Source: Deinococcales bacterium
GTDB taxonomy: Bacteria > Deinococcota > Deinococci > Deinococcales > JAAFIG01
Assembly (NCBI GenBank): GCA_031414595.1
Contig: JANNVX010000086.1
Location: 32,001-96,000 of the forward strand
Reading direction: 5' to 3'
Length of the DNA stretch: 64,000 nucleotides
Shown here: positions 46,969 through 57,572 of the stretch, one piece after another
Layout: each line of letters opens with the position of its first letter
Position numbering within the stretch: the first letter of the stretch is position 1
Position numbers and translations under genes: made by a program
Notes under the pieces: generated by a model
Told to the model about the DNA's origin: nothing
What the model saw: only the letters and a program-made list of their open reading frames with translations
Databases searched by the model: none

Positions 46969-49443
46969 TTATGCCCAGCGCAACAAGCCAACCTCGAGCG
47001 GGTTGCTGAGGTCATCGCGGTACGGCAAAGCCCGAACCCCAAGTTGCCATTCACCAGCTTCGGGCATGGTGATGCTGCCCGTGTACTCGAGCCAGCCGTC
47101 TTCATGGGTTTTTTCAAAACTGAGGGCAGTACGTTGGAAGACACCGTTTTTACTGACCACCGCTTCTATTTGAATGTCATCTGCCAAGAGTTTACCCAAC
47201 CAGACTCGAGCGCGAACTTGGTTGTTGGCTTCAAGCGAGGCACTTAGGCGAACCTCGCTCCATCCAGCGCGTTGGGTGGTTTTCCATGCGGCAATATCTA
47301 CGGCTTGGTCTATGGTTAGCGCTGTGGCTCGAGTGGCAGCAGGGGCATAAAGGTCAGTCACATAGTCTATCACTTGGCGTTGCATCGAAAATTTTGGGGC
47401 AACCGTGCGGATGCCATTGCGGACTCGCTCGAGCCAGTCGTGTTTTTCCCCGTAATAAAGCGGCACAATTTCGTACTCGAGGATGTCGTACAGGCTTTGG
47501 CAGTCGCGGTCATCTTGGATGCGTAGCGATTCGTCATCCTCGGCAAATTCGCGTTCATCGCCGATTGCCCAGCCATTTGTGCCGTCATAGGCTTCACGCC
47601 ACCAACCGTCTAAGATACTAAAATTCAGGCAACCATTTAAGCTGGCTTTTTCACCGCTTGTGCCGGAGGCTTCTAAAGGACGGCGTGGATTGTTCAGCCA
47701 AATGTCTGAGCCTTGAACCAAATGCCGTGCCACATTCATATCGTAATCCTCGAGAAACACAATTTTCCCTTTGAGGTCTGGGTCTTGGGAGTAGCGCCAG
47801 AGTTGTTGGATAAATTCCTTGCCGGGGTTATCGGCAGGGTGGGCTTTTCCAGCAAAAATAAATTGCACTGGGCGTTCTGGGTTATTGACAATCCGTTTTA
47901 AGCGGTTGATGTCGCGGAACAAAAGCGTTGCCCGTTTATAGGTCGCAAAGCGCCTTGCAAAGCCAATTGTTAGGGCAGTTTCGGATAGCACATGGGTGCT
48001 GCCAGCTGTGTTGTTGCGCTCGTTAGCACGGCGTAAACGGCTGCGGGTAAATTCAACCAATTTCTTTTTCAGGGTCAGTCTGGCTTCCCAGAGTTTATTG
48101 TCCTCGATTTTCTCGAGTTGCCAGACCTTGGGGTTTTCTAACTGTGAATCCCAGTATTTAGGAAAAGCCGCATCGTAGAGTTCTGCTAATTCGTGGGCTA
48201 AAAATGTACGGGTGTGAATTCCGTTGGTGACATGTTTAATTGGCACTTCGGGGGCATCTGCGCCGTCCCACAAGAAACTCCACATCCCCCTCGAGATTTG
48301 TCCATGCAGTTCGGAAACGCCGTTGGCGTAGCGGCTTAGGCGCAGTGCCAGTACCGTCATTGAAAAGGTCGAACCCCATTTTTGTTGTTGGGTCGCAAGG
48401 GCATAAAGTTCTTCTTTAGTGACATTTAGGGCTTTCGCCCAAGATACAAGTTTACGCTCGATAAGTGGCATTCCAAACGAGTCATTGCCGGCTGGCACAG
48501 GCGTATGGGTGGTAAAAATGCCACTCGAGGCAACCAATTCTATGGCGGCGTTCCAGTCTAGTCCAGTTTCGCGGTATTCACGTAGCCGCTCGAGACCAAG
48601 AAAAGCAGCGTGTCCTTCGTTCATGTGGTAGACCGTAATCGGCAGTTTTAAGGCTCGAGTCAGGCGCAATCCGCCAACTCCAAGCACCAATTCTTGGGCA
48701 ACCCGCAATTCTTCGCCCTTGCCGTATAAGCGTTTGGTGATGGCTTTGTCGGTTTCGGTGTTTTCATGGACATCGGTGTCGAGTAAATACAAGCTGATGC
48801 GTCCGATGTCTAAACGCCAAGCCTGAACTGTAACCATTCGGCTCGAGACCTCGACTTTCATTTTAATCACTTCGCCCGATTCGTCCAGCGCCAATGTCAG
48901 GGGTTGCTTGTGGGGGTTGATGATTTCGTAACGCTCACCCTGCCAGCCGCTGGCATCGAGTTGCTGATGAAAATAGCCATCGCGGAACAGTAAGCCAACT
49001 GCCACAAATGGCACACCTAAATCTGAGGCACTTTTGCAGTGGTCGCCAGCCAGTACACCAAGCCCACCCGAGTAAATCTGCAAGGATTCGTGCAGCCCAT
49101 ACTCCATGCAGAAATAGCCAACCATACCCTTAAAATCGGGGTTGTGCTGCCTAAACCACGTGCTGTCCAAGGTCATGTACCTTTGGAAACGCTGATAGGT
49201 GCGCTCTAAGTCTGCCACAAAGTTTTCGTCATGGCTGACGCGGTTGAGGTCTGATTGACTGGCTTCTTGTAAAACCCGCACTGCGTTGTGGTTGGTGGTT
49301 TCCCAGACCAATGGGTTAATCGCTTCAAAAAGGGCTTGGGCTTCGGGATTCCAAGTCCACCAGAGGTTTCTTGAAATACTCTCCAAGGCTTTGAGATTGG
49401 CGGGCAGGGTTGGATTGATACGAATAGTCGCAATGGATTGCAT
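46969..49443 (-). CDS. glgP: Alpha-glucan (glycogen) phosphorylase
   Basis: YSGGLGVLAGD, HMNEGH, FARRFATYKR, GKAHP, EASGTSGEK. Confidence 0.95.
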   Translation of the reverse strand: MQSIATIRINPTLPANLKALESISRNLWWTWNPEAQALFEAINPLVWETTNHNAVRVLQEASQSDLNRVSHDENFVADLERTYQRFQRYMTLDSTWFRQHNPDFKGMVGYFCMEYGLHESLQIYSGGLGVLAGDHCKSASDLGVPFVAVGLLFRDGYFHQQLDASGWQGERYEIINPHKQPLTLALDESGEVIKMKVEVSSRMVTVQAWRLDIGRISLYLLDTDVHENTETDKAITKRLYGKGEELRVAQELVLGVGGLRLTRALKLPITVYHMNEGHAAFLGLERLREYRETGLDWNAAIELVASSGIFTTHTPVPAGNDSFGMPLIERKLVSWAKALNVTKEELYALATQQQKWGSTFSMTVLALRLSRYANGVSELHGQISRGMWSFLWDGADAPEVPIKHVTNGIHTRTFLAHELAELYDAAFPKYWDSQLENPKVWQLEKIEDNKLWEARLTLKKKLVEFTRSRLRRANERNNTAGSTHVLSETALTIGFARRFATYKRATLLFRDINRLKRIVNNPERPVQFIFAGKAHPADNPGKEFIQQLWRYSQDPDLKGKIVFLEDYDMNVARHLVQGSDIWLNNPRRPLEASGTSGEKASLNGCLNFSILDGWWREAYDGTNGWAIGDEREFAEDDESLRIQDDRDCQSLYDILEYEIVPLYYGEKHDWLERVRNGIRTVAPKFSMQRQVIDYVTDLYAPAATRATALTIDQAVDIAAWKTTQRAGWSEVRLSASLEANNQVRARVWLGKLLADDIQIEAVVSKNGVFQRTALSFEKTHEDGWLEYTGSITMPEAGEWQLGVRALPYRDDLSNPLEVGLLRWA

Positions 49444-49703
49444 GATTTCTCCAAAATCTCAGCCAAAATACGGCGCTTTTGCACTCGATTTAATTTTGCT
49501 GACGGGCGCAGATTAGCACACCGCAAGCGCTTACAGTAGCAGTTTTGACCCGAAAATAGTGTATGGGCTTTGTGTTCTCGAGCGCAAAGAGCCGACTTTT
49601 TTATCTGGCTTGTAAAAATACAAAATAGAGGCTTTTAGTTTACTTGGGATTTTCTTTGCAAAAAATCCCTATTTGGAAGAATTGCACATCATTTTCTTTC
49701 ACA

Positions 49704-49780
49704 GGGCGACCCCTGTCGCTGGTAGCTCCGTCGCCCCTATAGGACACCATTTCTCGTAGGGGCGAACCTCGTGTTCGCCC
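49704..49780. repeat. Inverted pair of REP-like palindromes (BIME-like)
   Basis: GGGCGAC...GTCGCCCCTAT (reverse orientation) and GTAGGGGCGAACCTCGTGTTCGCCC. Confidence 0.75.
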
Positions 49781-49909
49781 TGCCATTCCCCACATTTTAT
49801 TTTTAAATAAAGCCCTACTGTCAACGCCAATCAGCTTGTCTGTTTTTTCACGAAAGAATCACAATTGGTCTGAACAGTTGTTTTGCAAATAACTTGATAG
49901 ACTCCTCTC

Positions 49910-52900
49910 ATGCTGCTCGAGTTACACTTTTTAGGAATTGCCAAATTACTTGTGTCTGGTGTTCCCAAAGAAATTCGTCGTCAACACGCGCTGGCATTAC
50001 TGGCTTACCTAGCCCTTCAACCCGGTTGGCAGGCTCGAGAACAGATTGCGACGATGCTCTGGGCGGATGCCGACACGATTTCGAGCCAACAAAGTTTACG
50101 GACTGCCTTGGCGCATTTGCGTGATGTGCTGGGGACAGCAAGCGACTTACTCGAGACGACCCGCAGCAAAGTGCAGTTGTCTAACCAAAATCTTTGGCTG
50201 GATGTCTGGGAACTCCAAAATGCCAAAGATTCGCAACTCGAGAAGGTTATTAAGTTGTACCACAATGATTTATTAACCAATTTGCAGTTGCCCAATGCCC
50301 CAGAATTTGAGGCTTGGCTCGAGCAGAAAAGAGACCAAACCCGCAGCGAGTTTGATTGGTTGCTGCTGCGTCTATTTAATCAGCAAAGCAAAAGCGGTTC
50401 TATTTCGGCTGCCTTAGAAACAGCCCGTCGCCGTATCAACTTAAATGCCTTGAACGAAACCGCCCATCAAGACCTGATGCAGTTATTATTAGAGCAAGGT
50501 AACCGAGCCTCGGCTTTAGAAGTCTTTCGGGTTTTAGAAAACAAATTAAAGACTGAACTTGGTCTAAGCCCAAATCCCGAAATTGCTAGACTGGCAAACC
50601 AAATCCAAAAACAAGGCGATCTTGTAGCGGCTGTACCAGAACCTTTTGTGGCAAGGGTAGACGAATGGCAAGCCCTCGAAACCGCATGGCGCAAAGGGCA
50701 AAGGGTCTTGCTGCGCGGCGAACCCGGCGTAGGCAAAACCCGTTTGCTGCGTGAATTTGCTCGGGCTTGTGGGCTTTCGGTCTGGCTTGAAGGTCGCCCC
50801 GGCGATTCAAGTGTGCCTTTTGCCGCCGTGACACGGTTTTTGCGAACCCACCAAATAGAACAACTCGAGTTGCCAACTTGGGTCAAAAACGAACTTCATG
50901 GCTTACTGCCCGAAATCGAAGGACAAGAAAACACCACCCAGAATAAACAACGCTTATTCTCGGCGTTACTCGAGTGCTTTTCTTTGATTACAAGTCGCGT
51001 GGCATTGCTGATTTTAGATGATTGGCAATTTCTTGACCCCTCGAGCCTCGAGTATATTTTTTTCTTGCTAGAACAAAGCCAAGTCCCGATTGTTGCCACT
51101 GCCCGCAGTGCCGAATTAAATGTAGAGACTGAAAAACACATTGCGGCTTTGATTGGCGCTCAGCGTTTGGTACAAATCGAATTGCCACGCTTAAAACAAA
51201 GCGACTTAGAAAATTTACTGCGGGCATTACACTTAGACACCAAACAAGCCGAGTGGCTACACAAACGTACCGGGGGCAATCCGCTCTATGCCTTAGAAAG
51301 TGTCCGCGCTGGAATACAGGAAAATAAGCAATTGACCCAACTGATTGAAGCCCGTTTAGAACGCCTTTCCAAACCCGCCCGTGATGTGGCGCGGGTGGCG
51401 GCGATTACCGAACGCGAATTTGGTTTAGAACTGACGGCTCAGATTTTAGAAGTGCGTGAACTCGAGTTATTAGAACCAATAGACGAATTACAACAAAAAA
51501 ACCTGATGACAGATATGCGTTTTGCCCACGATCTGGTGCTTGAAACCCTGCGTGAGAACATGCCCTTAACCACACGACGTTGGCTGCACGGGCGAGCTTT
51601 AGTGCTTTTAGAACAAAAACAAGTCAGCCCAGCGATTCTGGCGTTTCACGCCATAAAAGCCGCGAAACCTATGGCGGTCTTGCGTCATAGCAGCGTGGCT
51701 GGCGCTCGAGCTGTCGAAGTCTATGCCTACACCGAAGCCTTGGAGCATCATCAACATGCACTGCTGGCACTGCTCGAGTTATCCGATTCCGAAGCCCAAA
51801 GTTTAGAACAGCCGCCACTGATTACCTTTTTTGATGCTTACGCCACGCTTTTAACCCAGCAATCTCGGTTTAGAGAACTGCAAGACGCACTGCAACAAGG
51901 CATTAAACATGCTCAACGCTGGGCATGGCGATGGTTAGAAGGCGCATTGCACAACTTAAGCGCACGGGCATGGTTACGGGCTGGCACAGACTTAGAAGCG
52001 GCTGAACAAATGTACCAAAAAGCCAGTCAACTCACCGCAAAAAACCCTCAATTAGAACTCGATACGCTTTTAACACGGCATCATCTCGAGGGTGCAAAAG
52101 GCAACTGGGCAATGGCAGAAGAATCGGCTCGAGCCGCCGCCCAAAAAGCCTTAGAAGCCAAGCAACCCGAATTACAACAAGAAGCCCTGATGGGTGCATT
52201 GTTTGCCGAGCAGAACTTAGGCGCATGGGCAGAATTACGAATCACTGCCGAAGAAGTCAGACCGATTTCCGAGCAAGTGGGCGGTAAAGCATCGCTGGCA
52301 CATGGCTGGGCAGTCAGTGCAATAGCCAGTGTTTACCTTGGGCAACCACGCCGCGCCATCCCCGAAGCCGAGAATGCCTTTAGCACCCTATCCAGCATTG
52401 GGTGGGGGTCTGGGCAACGCTTTGCCGCCCAAGCCCTGACCCAAGCCCATGCCGAACTTGGCGAACTCGAGAAAGCCTTGGAATTTAATGCCCCAACTGT
52501 GTTCCACGAAAACGCAGCCACTCGTCCAGCCGCTCATGCCAGAAGTTGGCTGACTCGAGCGCAGATTTATTGGCTGCAAAACGATAGCCTAAATGCCTTA
52601 GCCGCCACCGAACAAGCCAAACAGATTGTTGGTCTGGTCATGCCCTTTGAGGCTTTTCAAATCAAAGCCTGTATTGCCAGTTTTGAAAGTGCTATTTTTA
52701 TGCAGTGTGGCAACCAAGACAAAGCCCTAGAAGCCGCTTTAGAAGCCCAGCAGCAACGCAACCATCATGTGTTGTACGGTTGGACACGTTGGACACCGCA
52801 CTGGCTCGAGATTCGCAGCTTATGCCTAGGGAGTCTTCTTGAGCTTGCCGAAAAACGCATATCCGAATTACGTTTACTCGAGACCGACAACCTACGCTGG

Positions 52901-53059
52901 CAAATCGAAGTTCTGGCAGCCGAAACTGAATTGGAAGTTGCTAGAAATAATTCTAAAGCCGCTCGTAAAAACCTAAGTCAAGCTATTAAAATAGCCCAGC
53001 AAATGGATTTACCACTGCGTTTAGGTCAACTCGAGCAAACTCGGCTGGAAATTGGATAA
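49910..53059 (+). CDS. SARP/BTAD transcriptional activator with AAA (STAND) ATPase and TPR-like tail
   Basis: ALLAYLAL...RE..A.MLW wHTH; BTAD (FEAWL, E.AH..LM, ELG..P); GEPGVGKTRL, LDDWQF, GGNPLY. Confidence 0.88.
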   Translation: MLLELHFLGIAKLLVSGVPKEIRRQHALALLAYLALQPGWQAREQIATMLWADADTISSQQSLRTALAHLRDVLGTASDLLETTRSKVQLSNQNLWLDVWELQNAKDSQLEKVIKLYHNDLLTNLQLPNAPEFEAWLEQKRDQTRSEFDWLLLRLFNQQSKSGSISAALETARRRINLNALNETAHQDLMQLLLEQGNRASALEVFRVLENKLKTELGLSPNPEIARLANQIQKQGDLVAAVPEPFVARVDEWQALETAWRKGQRVLLRGEPGVGKTRLLREFARACGLSVWLEGRPGDSSVPFAAVTRFLRTHQIEQLELPTWVKNELHGLLPEIEGQENTTQNKQRLFSALLECFSLITSRVALLILDDWQFLDPSSLEYIFFLLEQSQVPIVATARSAELNVETEKHIAALIGAQRLVQIELPRLKQSDLENLLRALHLDTKQAEWLHKRTGGNPLYALESVRAGIQENKQLTQLIEARLERLSKPARDVARVAAITEREFGLELTAQILEVRELELLEPIDELQQKNLMTDMRFAHDLVLETLRENMPLTTRRWLHGRALVLLEQKQVSPAILAFHAIKAAKPMAVLRHSSVAGARAVEVYAYTEALEHHQHALLALLELSDSEAQSLEQPPLITFFDAYATLLTQQSRFRELQDALQQGIKHAQRWAWRWLEGALHNLSARAWLRAGTDLEAAEQMYQKASQLTAKNPQLELDTLLTRHHLEGAKGNWAMAEESARAAAQKALEAKQPELQQEALMGALFAEQNLGAWAELRITAEEVRPISEQVGGKASLAHGWAVSAIASVYLGQPRRAIPEAENAFSTLSSIGWGSGQRFAAQALTQAHAELGELEKALEFNAPTVFHENAATRPAAHARSWLTRAQIYWLQNDSLNALAATEQAKQIVGLVMPFEAFQIKACIASFESAIFMQCGNQDKALEAALEAQQQRNHHVLYGWTRWTPHWLEIRSLCLGSLLELAEKRISELRLLETDNLRWQIEVLAAETELEVARNNSKAARKNLSQAIKIAQQMDLPLRLGQLEQTRLEIG

Positions 53060-53106
53060 TTCTCTATTAAGTGACTACCAATGAGACTCATGGTCATTGA
53101 ACAAAC

Positions 53107-53136
53107 TTGACAAAAAGTCTAATTTAGACTTAAAGT
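53107..53136 (+). promoter_or_regulatory. Sigma70-like promoter with a palindromic operator in the spacer
   Basis: TTGACA-N18-TAAAGT; perfect inverted repeat AAGTCTAA-T-TTAGACTT at 53115-53131. Confidence 0.7.
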
Positions 53137-53157
53137 TAAATTTAAGGAGAAAACCCA

Positions 53158-53604
53158 ATGTCATACTCAGCCCAAGAATACGCCACTTCTTTCCTCAATC
53201 ACCGCCAACCACTACTTGAATTACTCGAGAAAATCCCAGATACCCACAGCGATTTTACGATGTACAACGGCGGATTGAGCATCGTCCAACAACTTAATCA
53301 ACTGATCGGCTTTGATAATAGTGTGCTTGAAGCCCTGACACAACAACCCCAAGCCGAACCTGACCACAGCTTAATCTCGAGTGCAAGGCAACAGTTGAGC
53401 AGCAATGCCACACAAATCTCGACCCTATACGCAGCGTTGTCAACCGCCTTACTTGATAGTCAACTCGAGGTCGAAACCCAAACCCGCACTGTCTACCAAT
53501 GGCTTGAATTCGTTCGCGAACACGAAATACATCACAAAGGACAACTCTGGATTGCAGCTCGAATGCTGCGAATCGAACCGCCGTACTACTTAAAAATCAC
53601 GTAA
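53158..53604 (+). CDS. DinB family protein
   Basis: HEIHHKGQL..A.RML.IEPP motif. Confidence 0.8.
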   Translation: MSYSAQEYATSFLNHRQPLLELLEKIPDTHSDFTMYNGGLSIVQQLNQLIGFDNSVLEALTQQPQAEPDHSLISSARQQLSSNATQISTLYAALSTALLDSQLEVETQTRTVYQWLEFVREHEIHHKGQLWIAARMLRIEPPYYLKIT

Positions 53605-53616
53605 AATAATCCAACC

Positions 53617-54231
53617 ATGCCTAAAGCCGATTACAACCACCTTTATCCACTCTGTGAAGCTATTGCTGCTTGGTTACATCCTCATGCAGAAATCGTGATT
53701 CATGACCTAGCCACAGATACCATAGTTGGTATTTGGAATAATTATTCTAAACGCAAAATTGGTGATTCCAGTCTGATAGATCATGAAATTCAACTCGAGA
53801 ACAACCAAGAAGTCTACGGACCGTATGAACGTACCAACTGGGACGGCAAACGCCTAAAAAGCATCAGTAGTGTAATCAAAAATTCCAACGGTCAACGCAT
53901 TGGGCTGCTTTGCATGAACTTTGATATTACCAAGTTTGAAGCCATACAAACCTTCCTCGAGACCTTTACTCGCACCACCGCCGCCATTCCCGCAGCCTTA
54001 ATCGAACTTGATTGGCGGGAACAAATCCATTTAGCCCTAAGCAGTTACTTGCAACAACAAAACACCACCTTAAATTCCATGACTCGAGAACAAAAAATCC
54101 AAGCCGTTCGTAGCCTTGACCAGCAACACCTTTTTGCCACTCGTAACGCTGCCCAGCACGTCGCCAGAATCTTGGAAGTCTCGAGGGCAACTGTTTACAA
54201 TTGGTTAAATGCCTCAAGGAGAGAATCATGA
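53617..54231 (+). CDS. YheO/DauR-like PAS + HTH regulator
   Basis: EIVIHDL, S.RKIGD, LKSIS, IG.LC.NFD, C-terminal A.IL.VSRATVYNWL. Confidence 0.88.
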   Translation: MPKADYNHLYPLCEAIAAWLHPHAEIVIHDLATDTIVGIWNNYSKRKIGDSSLIDHEIQLENNQEVYGPYERTNWDGKRLKSISSVIKNSNGQRIGLLCMNFDITKFEAIQTFLETFTRTTAAIPAALIELDWREQIHLALSSYLQQQNTTLNSMTREQKIQAVRSLDQQHLFATRNAAQHVARILEVSRATVYNWLNASRRES

Positions 54232-55340
54232 ACTTAAAAACTTTTAGAATCGAAAAATACTACGCCAAGCACGAATTTAGTGCAAAATACATGCTCTCGA
54301 GTTCCGATGCCGAGTCGCGCACTATTGCCGAGCTACTGGCATTTGAAACAGGAGCAAAAGAACATTTTGAGACCATGCACTTAGGCTACACCGAATCGGC
54401 TGGCGCACCTGATTTACGCCAAACCATTTCGACCATTTACAGCCAAATCTCAAGTGACGATGTGCTGGTAATGTCCAGTGCCGAAGAAGGTATTTTTGTT
54501 TTTTATAACACCTTACTTGGCGCAGGTGACCATGCGATTATCGAAAGCCCTTGTTATGAATCTGGTTTAGAACTGGCTCGAGGTACGGGCGCAGCAGTGA
54601 GTCTTTGGCAACGCCATTTTGAAGATGGCTGGGCGCATGATTTAGACGCACTAAAAGCACTGATTCGTCCAAATACCAAAGTGATGTACTTAAATTCACC
54701 ATCGAATCCAACGGGGATCAACATGAACCGCAAAGTCATGCAGGCAGTCATGGATTTAGCAAAAGAACATAAGATAATTGTTTTGTGTGACGAGGTTTAC
54801 CGCGAACTCGAACACGACCCTGCAACTATTTTACCTGCGGCTTGTGATTTATACGAAAATGCTGTATCGCTAGGCTCAATGTCAAAATCTTACGGACTGC
54901 CCGGACTGCGGCTAGGGTGGCTCGTGACCAGAAACCCTTCGCTACTCGAGAAATTCCTGCATTTTAAGTGGTACACCACAATCTGCTCCAGTGCGCCATC
55001 AGAATTCCTGAGCAACTTAGCCCTGCGCTACCGCCACATTTTGCTCGAGCGTAACCGAGCCATTGTGCAGACCAATTTGCCGCTTCTGGAAGCCTTTTTG
55101 CAACGTCAAGCAGCCTTTTTTGAGTGGGTCAAACCAGATGCCAGTCCAATTGGATTTCCAAAAGTACACCAAGGAATCAATGTGGATCAGTTCTGCGAAG
55201 AAATCGTGACCAAAACCAGTGTGCTTTTATTGCCCGGCAGTGTTTACGACCAACCTCAGCATCTGCGGATTGGCTATGGTCGAGCCAATATGCCCGAGGC
55301 ATTAACCATTCTCGAGACCTACTTAGATGGTTTGAAATGA
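54228..55340 (+). CDS. Class I/II PLP-dependent aminotransferase
   Basis: NSPSNPTG, DEVYR, SMSKSYGLPGLRLGW; start MNLKTF at 54228. Confidence 0.9.
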   Translation: MNLKTFRIEKYYAKHEFSAKYMLSSSDAESRTIAELLAFETGAKEHFETMHLGYTESAGAPDLRQTISTIYSQISSDDVLVMSSAEEGIFVFYNTLLGAGDHAIIESPCYESGLELARGTGAAVSLWQRHFEDGWAHDLDALKALIRPNTKVMYLNSPSNPTGINMNRKVMQAVMDLAKEHKIIVLCDEVYRELEHDPATILPAACDLYENAVSLGSMSKSYGLPGLRLGWLVTRNPSLLEKFLHFKWYTTICSSAPSEFLSNLALRYRHILLERNRAIVQTNLPLLEAFLQRQAAFFEWVKPDASPIGFPKVHQGINVDQFCEEIVTKTSVLLLPGSVYDQPQHLRIGYGRANMPEALTILETYLDGLK

Positions 55341-56254
55341 GGATTGTCTCAGCTAAAGAGATTCAAGCCGTGATGCAGCTTGCAGATTTAGCCACTCCGC
55401 TAGAAAATGCCTTCAGAGCCTATTCCAAAGGTGATACAAGCGGCTCACTTGGTTTTTTGCGCCCCAAGGGTGGCGAAGTCCACATCAAAAGTGGATTTAT
55501 ACAAGGCAGCAAAATCTTTGCGGTTAAAGTCTCGACAGGATTTACTGCCAATGCCACACAGGGCTTAGCCATTTGGGATGGTCTGGTGATGGCATTTGAT
55601 GCCAATACTGGCGCACCTGTGGCACTGATACAAGATGGTGGCTTACTGACCGATTGGCGTACTGCAATGGCTGGCGCAGTGGCAACCCGGGCTTTGGCGC
55701 GAAAAAATGTGCGAACCCTTGGCATTGTCGGCACTGGTATCCAAGGGTACTACCAACCTCTTGCCCACGCAGCAATGCTCGAGTTTGACGAACTCCTCAT
55801 TTGGGGACGAAACCCAGAAAAAGCGATTGCCCTAAAAACAAAACTTAAACTGCAACTCGAGCATAAAAAGATTCGAGTATGCAGCAAACTCGAGGAGCTT
55901 GTACAACAAAGCGAGATTCTAATCACTGCCACCAGCAGTTTCGAGCCACTGATTAAGCACGCTTGGGTGCAAGCAGGCACACACATCACAGCCATTGGCG
56001 CAGATGACGAACAAAAACGCGAACTCGAGCCAAGTTTGATCGAACGAGCCGATTTAATTGTGGTGGACTCAAGAACAGCCAACCAACAATACGGCGATTT
56101 TCAAGGTCTAAGCCTTAAAATGCTTGAACTGGGCGAAATTCTCGAGCAACCAGAACTAGGACGCAGTTCAGATTCGCAGGTCACCATTGCAAAACTGATT
56201 GGGCTTGGGGTGCAAGACCTTGCTGCCGTGGAAACGCTGCTTGAGAAAATCTGA
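55337..56254 (+). CDS. Ornithine cyclodeaminase/mu-crystallin family protein
   Basis: LTDWRTA.AGA, G.G.Q, GTHITAIGAD, GLGVQD; start MRIVS at 55337. Confidence 0.9.
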   Translation: MRIVSAKEIQAVMQLADLATPLENAFRAYSKGDTSGSLGFLRPKGGEVHIKSGFIQGSKIFAVKVSTGFTANATQGLAIWDGLVMAFDANTGAPVALIQDGGLLTDWRTAMAGAVATRALARKNVRTLGIVGTGIQGYYQPLAHAAMLEFDELLIWGRNPEKAIALKTKLKLQLEHKKIRVCSKLEELVQQSEILITATSSFEPLIKHAWVQAGTHITAIGADDEQKRELEPSLIERADLIVVDSRTANQQYGDFQGLSLKMLELGEILEQPELGRSSDSQVTIAKLIGLGVQDLAAVETLLEKI

Positions 56255-56301
56255 TTTACATGGCTCGAGACCAAATTTACCTCTGCTCGAGACCATCTGA
56301 T

Positions 56302-57048
56302 TTACTTCTGCTCGAGGACACCTTTTTCTGGGGCAGCACCTTCTAAGCTGACCAAAAAATCAGAATAAGCTGGAAAGGTATCCAGCACCCAAGTCTGAAA
56401 TGCCCTGTCTAAGTTAAAACCAGTGCCAATAGCAAAAACCACCAGCACCACACCAAAAACCCGTTGAACTTTACTTAAATTGTTCATCAACCATCCTGCT
56501 CGAGTCAGTAATTTTCGTCCACCAAGCATGACGGCAAGCATTGGAATGGCAGTGCCTATCGAAAAACCAAGCGTGACAATAAAGGCTTGGGCAGTAACCG
56601 CATTTGATAGTGCCAGCGTAATGACACTTGCCATGATTGGACCAACACACGGAGTCCAGAGCAGTCCTAGGGTTGCACCAACCACCATCCCACCCGCAAA
56701 ACCATCGTTTTTTCCTTGCCCAAGACTGCTCAGATTGCCCATTGCCTGACTCGAGAAGCGCTCGTAAATGGTGTGTAATTGCGGTACGCACAAGACCAGC
56801 CCAAACATCAAGAGTAAACCGACACTGACCAAACGTAAGGCATCGGGTGAGACCCCAAGAGCTTGAACGATACCCGACAAAAACAAGGTAAAGACCGTGA
56901 ACGACGCAATAAATCCAGCAATAATGCCGTAAGGGCGTGATTTCCCACCGATTGAACCAGACAGCAAAAACGGCAGTACCGGCAGCACACACGGCGAAGC
57001 AACCGTTAAAATACCAGATAGAAATGCAAAAAAAGTTGTGGTTAGCAT
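56302..57048 (-). CDS. ccdA: Cytochrome c biogenesis CcdA/DsbD transmembrane protein
   Basis: SPCVLPVLP and WTPCVGP motifs. Confidence 0.88.
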   Translation of the reverse strand: MLTTTFFAFLSGILTVASPCVLPVLPFLLSGSIGGKSRPYGIIAGFIASFTVFTLFLSGIVQALGVSPDALRLVSVGLLLMFGLVLCVPQLHTIYERFSSQAMGNLSSLGQGKNDGFAGGMVVGATLGLLWTPCVGPIMASVITLALSNAVTAQAFIVTLGFSIGTAIPMLAVMLGGRKLLTRAGWLMNNLSKVQRVFGVVLVVFAIGTGFNLDRAFQTWVLDTFPAYSDFLVSLEGAAPEKGVLEQK

Positions 57049-57105
57049 AAAACTCCAAAAAAAACGAAGGTTAGCTCGAGGAGGCTCAACCTTCGTTTTT
57101 ACAAA

Positions 57106-57495
57106 TTACTTGGTTTTGGTATTGACAAGTAGCTCGTCTATGCCGCCACCAGACCATTTTTTAAGTTCAACACCTTTAGCATCCACAAAAACAAAACTGT
57201 GTTGATAAGTGATTTTGTACTTGGTCTTCAGGGCAGTTTCGGTGTCGTAATCGGTCTTAAAAATCATCACATTCTCTGGGATTTTCTTCAAGTTCTCGTT
57301 AAAGTTCTTATCGGCAGCACGGCAGCTTGGACACCAACTGGCAGCAAAAAACAAGACTCGTTTTTGGCTACTGGCTTTATCGAAAGCCTCTTTGCTATAA
57401 GCCACATAATTTTCGCTCTTCATCATTGTGTCGCTTTGTGCCAGCGCCACCGAAACACCTAAAAGAGCCACCAAGCCAAGCATCATTTTCTTCAT
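57106..57495 (-). CDS. Secreted thioredoxin-like protein
   Basis: FAASWCPSC; signal peptide MKKMML. Confidence 0.85.
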   Translation of the reverse strand: MKKMMLGLVALLGVSVALAQSDTMMKSENYVAYSKEAFDKASSQKRVLFFAASWCPSCRAADKNFNENLKKIPENVMIFKTDYDTETALKTKYKITYQHSFVFVDAKGVELKKWSGGGIDELLVNTKTK

Positions 57496-57572
57496 AAATC
57501 CTCCAAAATTGTTCTCGAGTTTGGGTTTTCTCGAGATATTTAATTTAGTTACGCAAGTCTGGTAAAAAAAGT

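Noticed and set aside
55124-55336. N-terminal extension of the cyclodeaminase ORF
   Set aside because: It overlaps the aminotransferase; the ATGA-coupled start at 55337 is more plausible.
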